A stretch of 64,000 nt of DNA, taken from assembly GCA_963793305.1 (NCBI GenBank), contig CAWBZV010000002.1, positions 256,001 through 320,000 of the forward strand. The letters run 5' to 3'. The position numbers were made by a program, and so were the translations under genes. The notes under the pieces are model-generated. The model saw only the letters and a list, made by a program, of their open reading frames with translations. It searched no databases and was not told the origin of the DNA. This DNA is from an uncultured Gemmatimonadales bacterium. GTDB taxonomy: Bacteria; Gemmatimonadota; Gemmatimonadetes; Gemmatimonadales; Gemmatimonadaceae. Shown here in pieces: positions 63,437 through 64,000 of the stretch. Numbering within the stretch: position 1 is the stretch's first letter; the number at the start of each line of letters is the position of its first letter.

Positions 63437-64000
63437 TGATAACAGATGATCGCCACATTGCAGTGGCGGTGTAGAGGATCACGCCGACGACGAGCCACCG
63501 CACGACGTCGAGGGGGAGTGACTTCACCAAGTACGCGGCGATGATCACGCCTGGAATGCCGCCGAGCGCGAGGCCGAGGGCGGCTTGTTTGTCGTAGGCG
63601 TGGGCCCGCGCGAAGCGGATGGACGCGATTGGCATCAGCACGGCGCACGAGCCCATCATGATGGGGAAGGCTGCCAGCGGGGTCATGCCGAGCATGTAGA
63701 CCATACCCATGCACGGCGCATAGAGCCCCACGCCGAGCGTCATCAGGGCGCCGAGAATGGCGTTCCCGACGATGCCGGCCACGAGTAAGGGGCCAGTCAA
63801 TCCCAGAGCATCGCCGCCGCCCGGGAAAAATTTCAGCTGCCGCAAGATGATGATTGCCGCGGTGATGGCCAACGCGATCGCCATGCCGCGCTGGACCCGG
63901 CGCCGCGGCCAGCCGCCGACGATGCCGGCGCCGAGCCATGCACCCAAGGTGGCGCTGAGGATGAGCGCCACCAGGGTGAGCACATTGACTTTGACGATCC
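63408..64000 (-). CDS. TauE/SafE-family membrane protein, 5'-truncated at the window edge
   Basis: Multiple TM helices; LMTLGVGLYAP, AFPIMMGS and GGIPGV. Confidence 0.75.
   Translation of the reverse strand, partial: IVKVNVLTLVALILSATLGAWLGAGIVGGWPRRRVQRGMAIALAITAAIIILRQLKFFPGGGDALGLTGPLLVAGIVGNAILGALMTLGVGLYAPCMGMVYMLGMTPLAAFPIMMGSCAVLMPIASIRFARAHAYDKQAALGLALGGIPGVIIAAYLVKSLPLDVVRWLVVGVILYTATAMWRSSVINAPAENLAV

Overview
This is high-GC bacterial chromosomal DNA, probably Gemmatimonadota (inferred from gene content and protein style, not verified). Bases 574-17726 hold the str, S10 and spc ribosomal-protein superoperon (rpsL to map), which stops at map with no infA/rpmJ/alpha operon. Several r-proteins carry long Lys/Ala- or Gly/Arg-rich extensions, and a promoter plus a heavily structured ~220-nt leader sits between rpsG and fusA. 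Housekeeping genes follow (ftcD, suhB, trpS, purA, ypdA-like, glyQS, priA). The strongest candidate for an undescribed system is a tightly coupled string at 27846-33114: GAF histidine kinase, small unknown protein, ubiquitin-like protein, HDAC-family deacetylase, SAM methyltransferase, orphan GvpL/F and a Zn-ribbon Ser/Thr kinase, with two apparent CTG starts. Further along are a DGPF/ECF42 pair, an orphan PemK-like gene, a peptidoglycan-recycling cluster (murQ-anmK-nagZ), a kinase/PP2C/FHA-protease module, an amidase, an Omp85-family protein, class II RNR (nrdJ), an uncalled 47-aa ORF and a MazEF-type TA pair. Six single-base +1 frameshifts, two of them in rplW, most likely reflect sequencing or assembly error. 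I saw no rRNA, tRNA, CRISPR array or transposase.
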